This document shows, piece by piece, positions 39,579 to 48,447 of a DNA stretch of 64,000 bases; the stretch's first letter is position 1, and every line of letters begins with the position of its first letter. Position numbers and translations under genes: made by a program. The notes under the pieces are model-generated. The model saw nothing but the letters and a program-made list of their open reading frames with translations, was not told the origin of the DNA and did no database searches. This DNA is from Chloroflexota bacterium (GTDB taxonomy: Bacteria > Chloroflexota > UBA11872 > VXNJ01), in the NCBI GenBank assembly GCA_965261345.1, contig OZ253449.1, forward strand, positions 896,001-960,000, in the 5' to 3' direction.

Positions 39579-39705
39579 GCTTCGTCAACCTTGATATTGA
39601 ATCCCCTTATTCGACAGATCATGACAAGGCGGCGAATGTACTACAGAACGACGGGTTGCGGGAGCGTTAACCGATTGACAACCAGCTTCGGGAATCGAGA
39701 CGCCT

Positions 39706-40842
39706 ATGTCAATGCATAGTGACGCTGCACATCGGGTACACCACGCATTCGAGATCATTAACAACCTGTGGAATACGAATGACATCAATCAAGACATCAT
39801 GCCTGAATACGCAGCAGCGCAAATATGGGCGTGGGCGCCAAATTGTTATTCACTGCTCGAGCAATCACTAAAAGTCTTGTGGGCTACCCGGAAAAAGATC
39901 GAACTCAGCGAAATCAAATCAGAAATCATGAATTTGGAAGGCGGGCGGTCCGGATTACACGACTTGGAGTTTCTATTTGGCCTTCAGACAGATTCGGACA
40001 AAAAGATCCTAGGTACGGCGTTCCAGTCCTGTCGTCGGCTTCATGATTACCTTCCGATCACTTCATTACCTGAGTTTCTAAAGAGCATTGGGCGCGGATA
40101 CACCGATTGGCGGTACATGCTGATCGAAGGCATTGAAAAGTTGCCGGGTAGCCACATAGATACGATGATCGAGCTCGCAGAAGCGGCGACCTTGACTTTG
40201 ATGCACGAGCATCACCGCAACATCAATTACCGAAGCATCGAGGTGAGGATTCAAGAAAGCCTTGATCGTGCTGCGTTTAATGCCGCGACCATGGAGTATG
40301 CCAGCAATTACCCAGAATTGGATAACGACGACGAATACATGGAGTACTTCAAGAGCATACTTCGCCAAACTCACCACTTAATTGAACGCAATCCAGTTTT
40401 GGTGTTGCGGTACTTGGACCTCGCAAAAGAACCCATGCCATCCGGTTTTGTACCCCAGGACGATACCAGTCGCATTGCGTTAATTTGTCGCGATCTACCA
40501 CCTAACGAACTTAAGCATTTGCGGCAATATTTCTTCAAACAGACTCCGCTGGGCAAGCTCAATCTGTCGGGGAGGGAATCGGACTGGTTGCGCCTGCGGA
40601 TGTACGAAGCCCGGACTGTGTTAGACCGCGCTCAAGATTCCGGCACCGTAGAAAACAACAGATTGATGCGATTGTATGAGGCCGAGCGACGTATCAAAGA
40701 GCTCGAATCTGATCTGTACTCGTTGGATAAGGATGCCAAGCATGCAGTGGATCGTTTGGCTGAACTAGACGAAACCGAGGTTCAGTGGGTCGAGATTGAC
40801 GCTGCAATTGACCTCTTATTGGGCCCAACAGGTCAGGAATGA
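39706..40842 (+). CDS. Hypothetical protein with a HEPN-like N-terminal domain
   Basis: LLEQSLKVL..RSGLHDLEFLF..YTDWRY pattern; coiled-coil-like C-terminus; AT-richer than the flanks. Confidence 0.6.
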   Translation: MSMHSDAAHRVHHAFEIINNLWNTNDINQDIMPEYAAAQIWAWAPNCYSLLEQSLKVLWATRKKIELSEIKSEIMNLEGGRSGLHDLEFLFGLQTDSDKKILGTAFQSCRRLHDYLPITSLPEFLKSIGRGYTDWRYMLIEGIEKLPGSHIDTMIELAEAATLTLMHEHHRNINYRSIEVRIQESLDRAAFNAATMEYASNYPELDNDDEYMEYFKSILRQTHHLIERNPVLVLRYLDLAKEPMPSGFVPQDDTSRIALICRDLPPNELKHLRQYFFKQTPLGKLNLSGRESDWLRLRMYEARTVLDRAQDSGTVENNRLMRLYEAERRIKELESDLYSLDKDAKHAVDRLAELDETEVQWVEIDAAIDLLLGPTGQE

Positions 40843-40857
40843 TTCTGAACCGGGATC

Positions 40858-41397
40858 GTGTTCTCACGGTGCAAGATAGAGCACTCTAAGTTGAGCACTG
40901 CGCTACGAGTCAGACAGGGTCTTGGTCGGCATCCCGGAGCACACCCTCTGGACTACAGGGTTCTGCTTCCGCATCGCCGAGTCCCCGATCAGGGTACGAC
41001 GCTCATTACCCTCGCGGAATATGTCCGGCAAACGCCGAAACTCGAATCAGTCAATTCCCTAATCAAGAAAGCGATTGAGTACGCATCGTGGGAACCTGGC
41101 TGGGATGGTGCGGGTGCAGAGAAGATCAGCATCCTCGCGGTTCAGAATTTTTTGCGAATCCTCCGGTCAACCTTCCCGGTGATCGAATTACCTCACATCG
41201 CCCCAGCAATGACCGGTGAAATATTGGTCCAGTGGGCGTTCGGAGACCACGACTACATTGAGATTTACGTAGGTGAGAACGATGTTTTTCCAACAGAAGC
41301 ACACGCCGTGCAAAACGGGAATATTTCCGATCATGCACTCACGGATGTCGGCACATTGGTGCGATTGGTGGCGAGGGTCAGGGCTCGTTCGTATTGA
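40858..41397 (+). CDS. Hypothetical protein (WDG.GA motif), putative antitoxin-like partner
   Basis: PGWDGAGAEKIS..PHIAP..GEILVQW; 4-bp overlap with the next gene. Confidence 0.6.
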   Translation: MFSRCKIEHSKLSTALRVRQGLGRHPGAHPLDYRVLLPHRRVPDQGTTLITLAEYVRQTPKLESVNSLIKKAIEYASWEPGWDGAGAEKISILAVQNFLRILRSTFPVIELPHIAPAMTGEILVQWAFGDHDYIEIYVGENDVFPTEAHAVQNGNISDHALTDVGTLVRLVARVRARSY

Positions 41398-41810
41398 GCG
41401 CTGACATCATCGATGAAAGCGATTGCGTCTTTCGGCTGTTGATTCCTGACTGGGTCATTAAGGGAAGGGTAAGTAGCGCGGCATTCAATTGCCGGATACC
41501 TGTATCCATGTTCGTAAAACAGAAGTTGCCTGGCCATGATGGTCAAGTGCTCCACAAAGGGAAGTTCACGGACTGGGGGCGGGCACGGTTAATGGTCAAG
41601 AACCTACGGTCAGTAACCCGGCGTTCAGACGGGAATCTTTACGGCTTAGATGTAAAGCCGCAGCGACCCGCTCTACCGCCGTTGGAAGAATTCAGCGATG
41701 CGCATGTAGTCCTTGTCGGGCCATACAACAACAGAAAGGCTGCGCAAGCGTTGGCCATTGAGTGGAACGAGGAAGGGAAGATCGAAAAATTTCCTTTAAA
41801 AGGGAATTAG
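41394..41810 (+). CDS. Hypothetical protein, possible ADP-ribosyltransferase-like fold
   Basis: VFR..GRVSSAAF..VSM..G..V..LR..AHVVL (R-S-H spacing). Confidence 0.5.
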   Translation: MSADIIDESDCVFRLLIPDWVIKGRVSSAAFNCRIPVSMFVKQKLPGHDGQVLHKGKFTDWGRARLMVKNLRSVTRRSDGNLYGLDVKPQRPALPPLEEFSDAHVVLVGPYNNRKAAQALAIEWNEEGKIEKFPLKGN

Positions 41811-42412
41811 ATTCTGATTCCAGTGTGTTGGCTTCGGGTCACCAACCCACCCTCCGTAGGGTGTACATTCCATGGTCAATGCGGTCGGGTGTTGCGCCAG
41901 TGGTTCAACGGTAATGCAACCGTTTGTGCCCACGAACGTCCTTTCCTCATTGAATCTGCCGATCGGAAACGAACTCGGGCTTGCCGTCGGCCTCTCTATT
42001 GCCACGACACGGCGGACTCCCGGTGGCAATATGACGCCAATTCCATGCCGCCGTGTAAATTGCAGATTGGTGGCGCTGGGATGCCTGGGTGAATTTCGGG
42101 CGAAGGAATTACCTCGTCCAGATTTGCAGGCAGTTTCATCGCGAAGTCAGCCATTGCCTTTAGTGCCAAGTGCGGAGGAGGCCAGCGGGGCCAGAGGGGG
42201 TTTTAGGGAGATCGAAGAAAGGCTCGCGGGCTGGTCCGCGCCCAATTTCCGTATCGACCCTGCCGAAGCCACGGCCGCGACGATGTTGGGTCAGTGTCCG
42301 GCACGCCTGCGCCGACGCGCTTTGCTCCGACAAAAGCCCTCCCAGGGATGGCTCTGCCAGGGACCCTGCCGCGGCGCACGGGTGCCCGGGGCGATCGGGC
42401 GAGCGGCGACCG

Positions 42413-42499
42413 CTACTCGGCGGGGCTCGCCTCCACGTGCCATTCTTCGCCAAGCCGGACCATGACGTTTAGGATCACCAGCAACTTGCGCGTACAAAG
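42413..42499 (-). pseudogene. C-terminal remnant of an IS110-family transposase
   Basis: Hand translation LCTRKLLVILNVMVRLGEEW..* matches the IS110 C-terminal RKLL.ILN.M.R..W motif; cut at the next IS end. Confidence 0.6.
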
Positions 42500-42501
42500 C
42501 C

Positions 42502-44236
42502 TGATCAACGACTTTTAGATTTCCGGTCGCATTGACTCATTGTTTTTGTAACCCAAACAGGGCCGTTGCCTCACAAGATTTGTAACCCAAATCTCTACGG
42601 AGGCAACCGATGGCAGGAAAGAAGCTGAGCCGGGCGGTGCGGAAGGAGCTGCTAGCGGCCTTAAGGGGCCGCTATGCGCGGGCGTCCAAGATCGAGAAGG
42701 GCGCGATTCTGGACGAATTCGTAGCCCTTAGCGGCTACAACCGCAAATACGAAACCCGATTGCTGGGCAATGCTGCAAGCCCTGATCCGGTACCGCCCAC
42801 CAAGTCCACATACCGCATCTACGACGAGGCCGTCAGGGAGTCCCTGATCGTCCTCTGGGAAGCAGCCGATCGGATCTGTGGCAAACGATTGAATGCGATC
42901 CTGCCGAACATGATCGAATCACTGGAAGGGTATGGCCACCTGCAGCTTGATCCGGATGTACGCAGCAAGCTGCTCTCAATCAGCCCGGCATCGATCGATC
43001 GGATGCTCAAACCAGTGCGCAAGACCGCCGGCAGCAGTCGCAGGCGTAATCCCCGCCGCCGCAATCGTCATCACGCCAAAGTCCCGATCAGGACGTTCGC
43101 CGATTGGCATGGCCCCGATCCCGGTTATCTGGAAATAGACCTGGTGGCCCACTGCGGTGGCAACATGGCCGGGAGCTTCATCCAGACTCTGTCAGTTACC
43201 GACGTTGCCTCGGGCTGGGTTGAAGCAGTCCCGCTGCTAGCCCGCGAGCAGACGCTGGTGACTGGGGCGCTTGAGGTTATAGCCGGGCGGGTACCGATTC
43301 CAGTGCTCGGCATTGACTCGGATAACGACAGCGCCTTCATCTCCCAGACCTTGATCGATTACTGCCGACAGCGCGGGGACCCAAGTTCACCCGCTCACGC
43401 GCGTATCGCTCCAACGATCAGGCCTTCATCGAGCAGAAGAACGGGGCCGTTATACGCCGCTTCGCCGGTTACGAACGCTTTGCCGGCTTCATCGCCGGAC
43501 AGACCCTGGCCCGACTCTTTGCCTTAGTCGGTCTCTACACCAATTTCTTCCAACCGTCTTTCAAACTGATCTCCAAGCAGCGCTATGGAGCCAGAACTCT
43601 AAAGCGCTACGACCGTCCGCTAACTCCCTGCCAGCAACTGCTTGATCATCCCGCTGTTGCCGAAAAGGTTAAGGAGCGGTTGCGCGCTACGCGCTTGCAA
43701 CTGGATCCGCTATTGCTCCTTAGCGAGATCCGAGCGGCCCAGTCGGCCCTGGCCACATTGGCATCGCCCGAGGAAAGAAGCAAGGTGCAAAGGGAAGACC
43801 TGTCACAATTCCTGGCCAAGCTCTCTCATCTCTGGCGCGAGGGCGATGCCAATCCGACGCGCCGTCCCAAACGAAAGCGCCGCAGGTGGTGGCGGACTTG
43901 CCCCGACCCCCTAGAGCATGTCTGGCCCGATGTACTTACCTACCTGCAGGATCATCCCGACGCCAGCGGCATGCAGATCTTGAAAGTGCTCATGCGTGAT
44001 CACCCCGACGCCGTCGGGCCCAAATAGCTGCGGACGTTGCAGCGAAGGCTCAAGCAATGGCGGTCGGTGATGGCCAAAGAGCTCGTCTACGGAGTCGTAA
44101 ACGGTGCTGATGGTGCGGTTGAAAATGCCGAAATCGTACGTGTAAACGCACCGATTGGGGCCAGATAAATGGTCCGCAATTTCGATTACATTTTTAGATG
44201 AGGCAACGGGACGGCAAATCTAAAAGTCGTTGATCA
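42502..44236 (+). mobile_element. IS element (ISNCY-like, rve DDE transposase) with TG..CA ends
   Basis: Perfect 21-bp terminal inverted repeat TGATCAACGACTTTTAGATTT, extending imperfectly to about 57 bp; no target duplication. Confidence 0.88.
42610..44168 (+). pseudogene. Transposase with a frameshift (~43380) and premature TAG (44025-44027)
   Basis: RYARASK.EKG.ILDEF, PGYLEIDLVAHCG, IDSDNDSAF; continues in another frame to (stop)LRTLQRRLKQWR..TAA 44168. Confidence 0.85.
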
Positions 44237-44468
44237 CTGGGCCTTCCAGCGGTAATAGGTCGAGTGATGGATCCCCATCACCCGGCAGGCGGCCCTTACA
44301 CTGCCGATTTCCCTGGCCAATGCCAGAGTGCGCAGGCGGTAGCGGTATATCGTGTCCTCGGGGGTCACAGCGGGAATCCTTAGCTGCGTGTGGTAACACA
44401 GCAGGATGCCTTAAGTGACCCCTACGAAATTAGGCGCGCACCTGTCGCAGGTACTCGGAAATAGGACA
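44237..44468 (-). mobile_element. Left-end remnant of an IS481-like element
   Basis: Starts TGT at 44468 on the minus strand; encodes MTPEDTIYRYRLRTLALAREIGSVRAACRVMGIHHSTYYRWKAQ, cut at 44237. Confidence 0.7.
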
Positions 44469-45112
44469 CTCTAATGCCCAGTTCGCGCATCAGGCGCTCT
44501 ACCCGCTTGCGCGAGCAGGAGATTCCCTCCTCGGCCCGCAGCTCGGCATGCACCCGCGGCGATCCGTAAATGCGCCCCGAGCGCTCCCCGCCCGCGGCGA
44601 TCTTCTCCTTGAGGGACCTGTCCCGGCGCCGACGCTCGGACGGCGTACGCTCGCGCCAGGCGTAGAAGCCGGAGCGCGAAACGCCGAGCAGGCGGCACAG
44701 GATTGCGATCGGGTGCTGCAGGTGAAGGGATTTGATGAACTGGAACCTCATTTCGGGTCCCCTTCCCGCACAAAAAAAGTCACCGCCTTCTTTAAGATAG
44801 CGCGCTCCTGGCGCAGGATCCGGTTCTCTCTTCTGAGCCGCTGCAGCTCCTTAGCGCTCGGAGGTTGTCAGGCCTTCGGCCCGGCCTTCGTCGATGTCGG
44901 CCTGCTTTAGCTAAGTGGCTCAGGGTCGGATCGGAAACGCCCAGTTCACGGGCGATCTGGGTGCGCGCGCGGTCGCTGGACCTGGCCAGGCGCACCGCTT
45001 CTTCCCGGAACTCGTCCGGGTACGGAGGTCTTGTCTTTCCCAATTTGGATTTCGCTTGTGATTTGCAGATGGTATCGGGATGATACGTGTCCACCAAATC
45101 GGGAGAATTCCA
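44469..45112 (-). mobile_element. Degraded IS3-family element (left end, frameshifted orfA, truncated orfB)
   Basis: TGGAATTCTCCCGATTTGGTGGACAC end; YPDEFREEAVRL..IARELGVS; LCRLLGVSRSGFYAW, YGSPRVHAEL, RKRVERLMRELGI. Confidence 0.88.
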
Positions 45113-45167
45113 GTCTGGCGTGGCATACCTAGTCAGTCACCTGTAGCCAACCCGTCTCCTCTCGTCA

Positions 45168-45563
45168 CTATGGGATCGACGGATTGCTGGAAATTGCCGC
45201 GAATGTCTGGTCAAAGGTCTTGATCTCCCGGACACCTCGCCGTCGGCAACTGGCCAGATGACAAAGATCCCGGGCTTGCAATTCAAGGTATTCCTCATGG
45301 AGCCGCCGGGCCAGAGCCACATCCGCCTCTTCCAGCGGCCAAACCTCAACAGCGGCACTCGCTATCAACTCTAGCGTCGCATCGAGGGTGTGCAGCCTTC
45401 CGGTGGGCAAGTATGCATGGGCCAGTTCCTGCATGACCTCTGCTGAAGTGCACAGTGGCGCGCCACTCCGGTTGGCTTCAACGAAGAAGCGTTGGGCGGG
45501 CGTCTGGAGTGCGTGAGGGCGACCTACCGCGTACATGAACACGTTGGTGTCAACGAAAATCAC
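45168..45563 (-). CDS. vapC: PIN-domain toxin (VapC family)
   Basis: MIFVDTNVFMYA, EVMQE, RD..HLA, TFD; GTGA overlap with the antitoxin. Confidence 0.9.
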   Translation of the reverse strand: MIFVDTNVFMYAVGRPHALQTPAQRFFVEANRSGAPLCTSAEVMQELAHAYLPTGRLHTLDATLELIASAAVEVWPLEEADVALARRLHEEYLELQARDLCHLASCRRRGVREIKTFDQTFAAISSNPSIP

Positions 45564-45835
45564 GTTACGGCAACGCCTCGTCCACGCGACTCGCTGATGA
45601 CTCGCAAGTGCTCGCTCCAGTCTGGCTCCGTCTCCGGACCTTCTAGCGTGGCGCATGACCTGAAGAACTCCTCGACGTCTTCCGGGGACCCGAACAGCTT
45701 GACGCTCTGGAGCGTTTCGAGGCGCTCTCGGGCGGCTGCCCGCAGCCACGCGCTGAGGGATATTCCCTCCCGTCGTGCCTCGTGAACGAAGCGATCTCGG
45801 TCATCGTCCGGCATCACCAACTGCACTCTGGCCAT
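45560..45835 (-). CDS. Antitoxin (VapB-like, RHH-type N-terminus)
   Basis: MARVQL..D......ARREGISLSAWLR; acidic C-terminus; GGAGG RBS; directly upstream of vapC. Confidence 0.8.
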   Translation of the reverse strand: MARVQLVMPDDDRDRFVHEARREGISLSAWLRAAARERLETLQSVKLFGSPEDVEEFFRSCATLEGPETEPDWSEHLRVISESRGRGVAVT

Positions 45836-45856
45836 ATCGTCCTCCAGTCGAGTTAG

Positions 45857-45887
45857 AGCATGTGTGTAATATCGTTACACACATGCT
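45857..45887. promoter_or_regulatory. Inverted-repeat operator upstream of vapBC
   Basis: AGCATGTGTGTAA-N5-TTACACACATGCT, perfect 13-bp arms. Confidence 0.8.
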
Positions 45888-46071
45888 TGCCCGAAGTCAA
45901 GCGTTTGGACTCGTTCGGCTGCATGGTACTTATGGGTGGGAAAAGGGCATCCAGGCCGGGGGCACAACGCTAAGCACTCGGCACATGGAGCAGACCGGAT
46001 GAGGCGGGACTCGTTCGCTATGCCTATCGGCCCTTCGATAACCGCCGGCTCTACGGGGAAACTGACTATAC

Positions 46072-46509
46072 CTAGTAGCTGGCACTTCCCGCCTTGCCGG
46101 GCCGTCCCACTGAGCCAGTGATGGCGGCGCACATTAAGGCGAGCCCCGACGGGAGGTAGAACAAGCCTATCGACAAGATCCCCACGGCGCAGAACGCCAG
46201 GAAGGTCAACGCGGCCGTCCACAGGAGGACTTTGCGCCTTAGCTGGCCAGCATCGGTCAAGGGGATGACTAACAGCACCAGACCTGTTATCAGAACGGGC
46301 AGCAGCAGCAGCCAGATAACCCCCAGACCGTTCTGTTCCACCAGCGTGGCGGTGTGTCGCGTGGCGTTGCTTTCAACCCCGCCGGGCACTGTCGGAGTTA
46401 CCGAGACACCTTGGTAAGCGGGGCCGAATGCGAGCCAAAATCCGGCGCACCAGGTCAAAAGGTGGGCTGCACACGCCGATCCGGCCGTGATGTCCATGCG
46501 CTTAAGCAT
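46072..46509 (-). CDS. Hypothetical membrane protein (about 4 TM)
   Basis: GGAGG RBS; hydrophobic segments ending in ILSIGLFYLP. Confidence 0.65.
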   Translation of the reverse strand: MLKRMDITAGSACAAHLLTWCAGFWLAFGPAYQGVSVTPTVPGGVESNATRHTATLVEQNGLGVIWLLLLPVLITGLVLLVIPLTDAGQLRRKVLLWTAALTFLAFCAVGILSIGLFYLPSGLALMCAAITGSVGRPGKAGSASY

Positions 46510-46582
46510 CTATTGGCCTCCACATTGCCGCCCGCGTCATCGCTGTGAACGGTTGTTGTTACGGGCGAGAGACACGACTTGC

Positions 46583-47469
46583 TCACTCGCTGCCGCCCTG
46601 GAACTTCTCCGGTGCGTTGGTGGTGTCGCTGATCAGGTACGTTGACGCGTCGAGGGTCGTGGGCAACGCCTCCAGGTCCGGGTTGCTCAGTATCGCCTCG
46701 ACGCACTCCCGGCTGCCGCCAACGTAGGTGTCGCACAGGTCGATGTCCGTTGCCACGCACCAGGCCCGGTCCTCCGGCCACCAGATGTTCGGCGAGTTGC
46801 TCCAGACGTTCCCGCGAGGCCAATCTGTTGCGAGAAAAGCCATGATGGCGTCGATAGGACCGCGGAACAGCAGGTGGTCTCGGTGCGGTGCTCTCACACG
46901 AGAAACGGCCTTGTAGAGGCGCGAGTCGATGTTGCCCCAGCCTTCCCATAAGCAGAAGTAGCAGCTGTCGGGGGTTGTGGTGAAGACCCTGAGCGTTTCG
47001 ACCAGGGTACGGCACTCCGCCTCCGGGATCGACCCGACCGTCGGATGCGAACTCCATAGCGGGTCTGGTACATTGACGTGAGGGCCTTCGGGTAGACCTG
47101 CGACCCGCTGGAACTGCATCAGGGGATGGACGGTCCGTCCCGTCCACGAAGCCACCGTGGACCATCTGACCGGCTGTTCCTCGTCGTCGTTCAGGTAAGC
47201 GGGATGGAACACGCGGGCGTACGCCGCAAACCCGCTCGGCAGCAAGGAACGCACCGTCGAGAAGTCCGAGTCGACATGCACTCCTCCACCCACCTGGCCT
47301 CCGACACGTCCTCGGAGAACTCCACGCCATCGGGCGCAAGCTTGGTCTGCCGGATAGGAACGCCCCCTCCGGTGGAGAGCATCGCAATGCTGGCCATGCC
47401 GGAGCCCCGCCTACGCAGCACCAAGCGCGACAGCAGCCTGCGAAACCACGACCTCCTGACGTGCTTCAT
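46583..47469 (-). pseudogene. Hypothetical protein split by a frameshift near 47270-47290
   Basis: N-part ..FSEDVSEARWVEE (47191..47469) and C-part SDFSTVRSLLPSGFAAYARVFHPA..SPNIWWPEDRAWCVATD (46583..47293) overlap in different frames. Confidence 0.6.
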
Positions 47470-47571
47470 CTCAATTCCACGTCCACCTGCGCGCCATCTC
47501 CGGCCATCGCAGGCCGAGGATTACACGTCCAGCCTGAACTTCATGGTGAAGGTTCTTGATTTTGTCAAGTC

Positions 47572-47659
47572 TGGTGGGCCGGGCAGGATTCGAACCTGCG
47601 TAGCCATTCAAGGCGCCAGATTTACAGTCTGGTGGTATTAGCCGCTCACCCACCGACCC
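47572..47659 (-). tRNA. tRNA-Tyr(GTA)
   Basis: Minus strand GGGTCGG..CCAGA-CTGTAAA-TCTGG, long variable arm, GGTTCGAATCC, CCGGCCC-A-CCA. Confidence 0.96.
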
Positions 47660-47730
47660 GCCGCCGCGTCAAGGCGCAGCAGGGCAGAGTTTAGCAAGAA
47701 CCTTTTGTCCTGCTATCGCTTAATTGGGGT

Positions 47731-48447
47731 ATGGATCAGGTAACTGAGCTCGCATATTTTCTGGGCGATCAATTTCAGCGCCTGCACTGGGGCGCGCTGG
47801 CCGTGACCGTGGCTGCCGCCCTGCTTTGGACGCGATTGGTCTCCTCGCCGCAGCTCTCTGGAATCGGATTCTGGCTGGCGATTGGCGGGGGCGCGGCCAC
47901 CGGTGCAATCTCGACGCTCTGGGTCCAGCCCAATGTCACCCAAGCGGTGGGCGACATTGCCGCCAGCAGCGAAACCATCGCCCCCCAAGGCGCCCATCTC
48001 GTCCAAATCGCAGTGGTTGCCCTGGATCTGGTGCTGGTCCTGGCGGTGTTGGTGTTGGTGATCGTCCTGGCCCAAGTGCGCTTGACCCCCGGTCCGGTGC
48101 GGTCGGTTTCGCAGGGCTTTGGGATCGGCTACTCTGGCCATTTTCTCCAGCAGCGGCTACCTGGCGATTTTGCCGCTGGAATCTCATCCGAACTGATCGC
48201 GCCAATCGCGGTCGGCGGCATGTTGGTGGCCATCGCCATGGCGACTGCCATGCTGCTTGGTCACGCTCGTCTCACCGGCGGTTATCCGGGCCGCTTGTTA
48301 CAGGCGATCGCAATCAGCCTGGCCGGCCGCTACATCCTCGACCTGGAAGATCCTAGCTGGCAGGCCGCCGGACTGGGCCTGCTGGGTCTGGTGGCGCTTT
48401 TTTATGCTTCGGCGACTACCCAGACACGGCCGCGAACACGCTATTGA
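47731..48447 (+). CDS. Hypothetical integral membrane protein
   Basis: 238 aa with about six hydrophobic segments. Confidence 0.65.
   Translation: MDQVTELAYFLGDQFQRLHWGALAVTVAAALLWTRLVSSPQLSGIGFWLAIGGGAATGAISTLWVQPNVTQAVGDIAASSETIAPQGAHLVQIAVVALDLVLVLAVLVLVIVLAQVRLTPGPVRSVSQGFGIGYSGHFLQQRLPGDFAAGISSELIAPIAVGGMLVAIAMATAMLLGHARLTGGYPGRLLQAIAISLAGRYILDLEDPSWQAAGLGLLGLVALFYASATTQTRPRTRY

Larger units (their letters stand above)
36991..39606 (+). mobile_element. IS1595-family element carrying passenger genes
   Basis: Imperfect terminal inverted repeats GAGGATTATATCGCAGGGTTGAC (36991) and GGGGATTCAATATCAAGGTTGAC (reverse complement, ends 39606), 17/23 match; no target duplication seen. Confidence 0.75.

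Noticed and set aside
41872-42465. 197-aa ORF as a real gene
   Set aside because: No motifs, Arg/Pro/Gly-rich, and it overlaps an IS110 remnant on the opposite strand
45564-45749. N-terminal extension of the PIN ORF
   Set aside because: It overlaps the antitoxin gene in another frame; the PIN domain starts at GTG 45563
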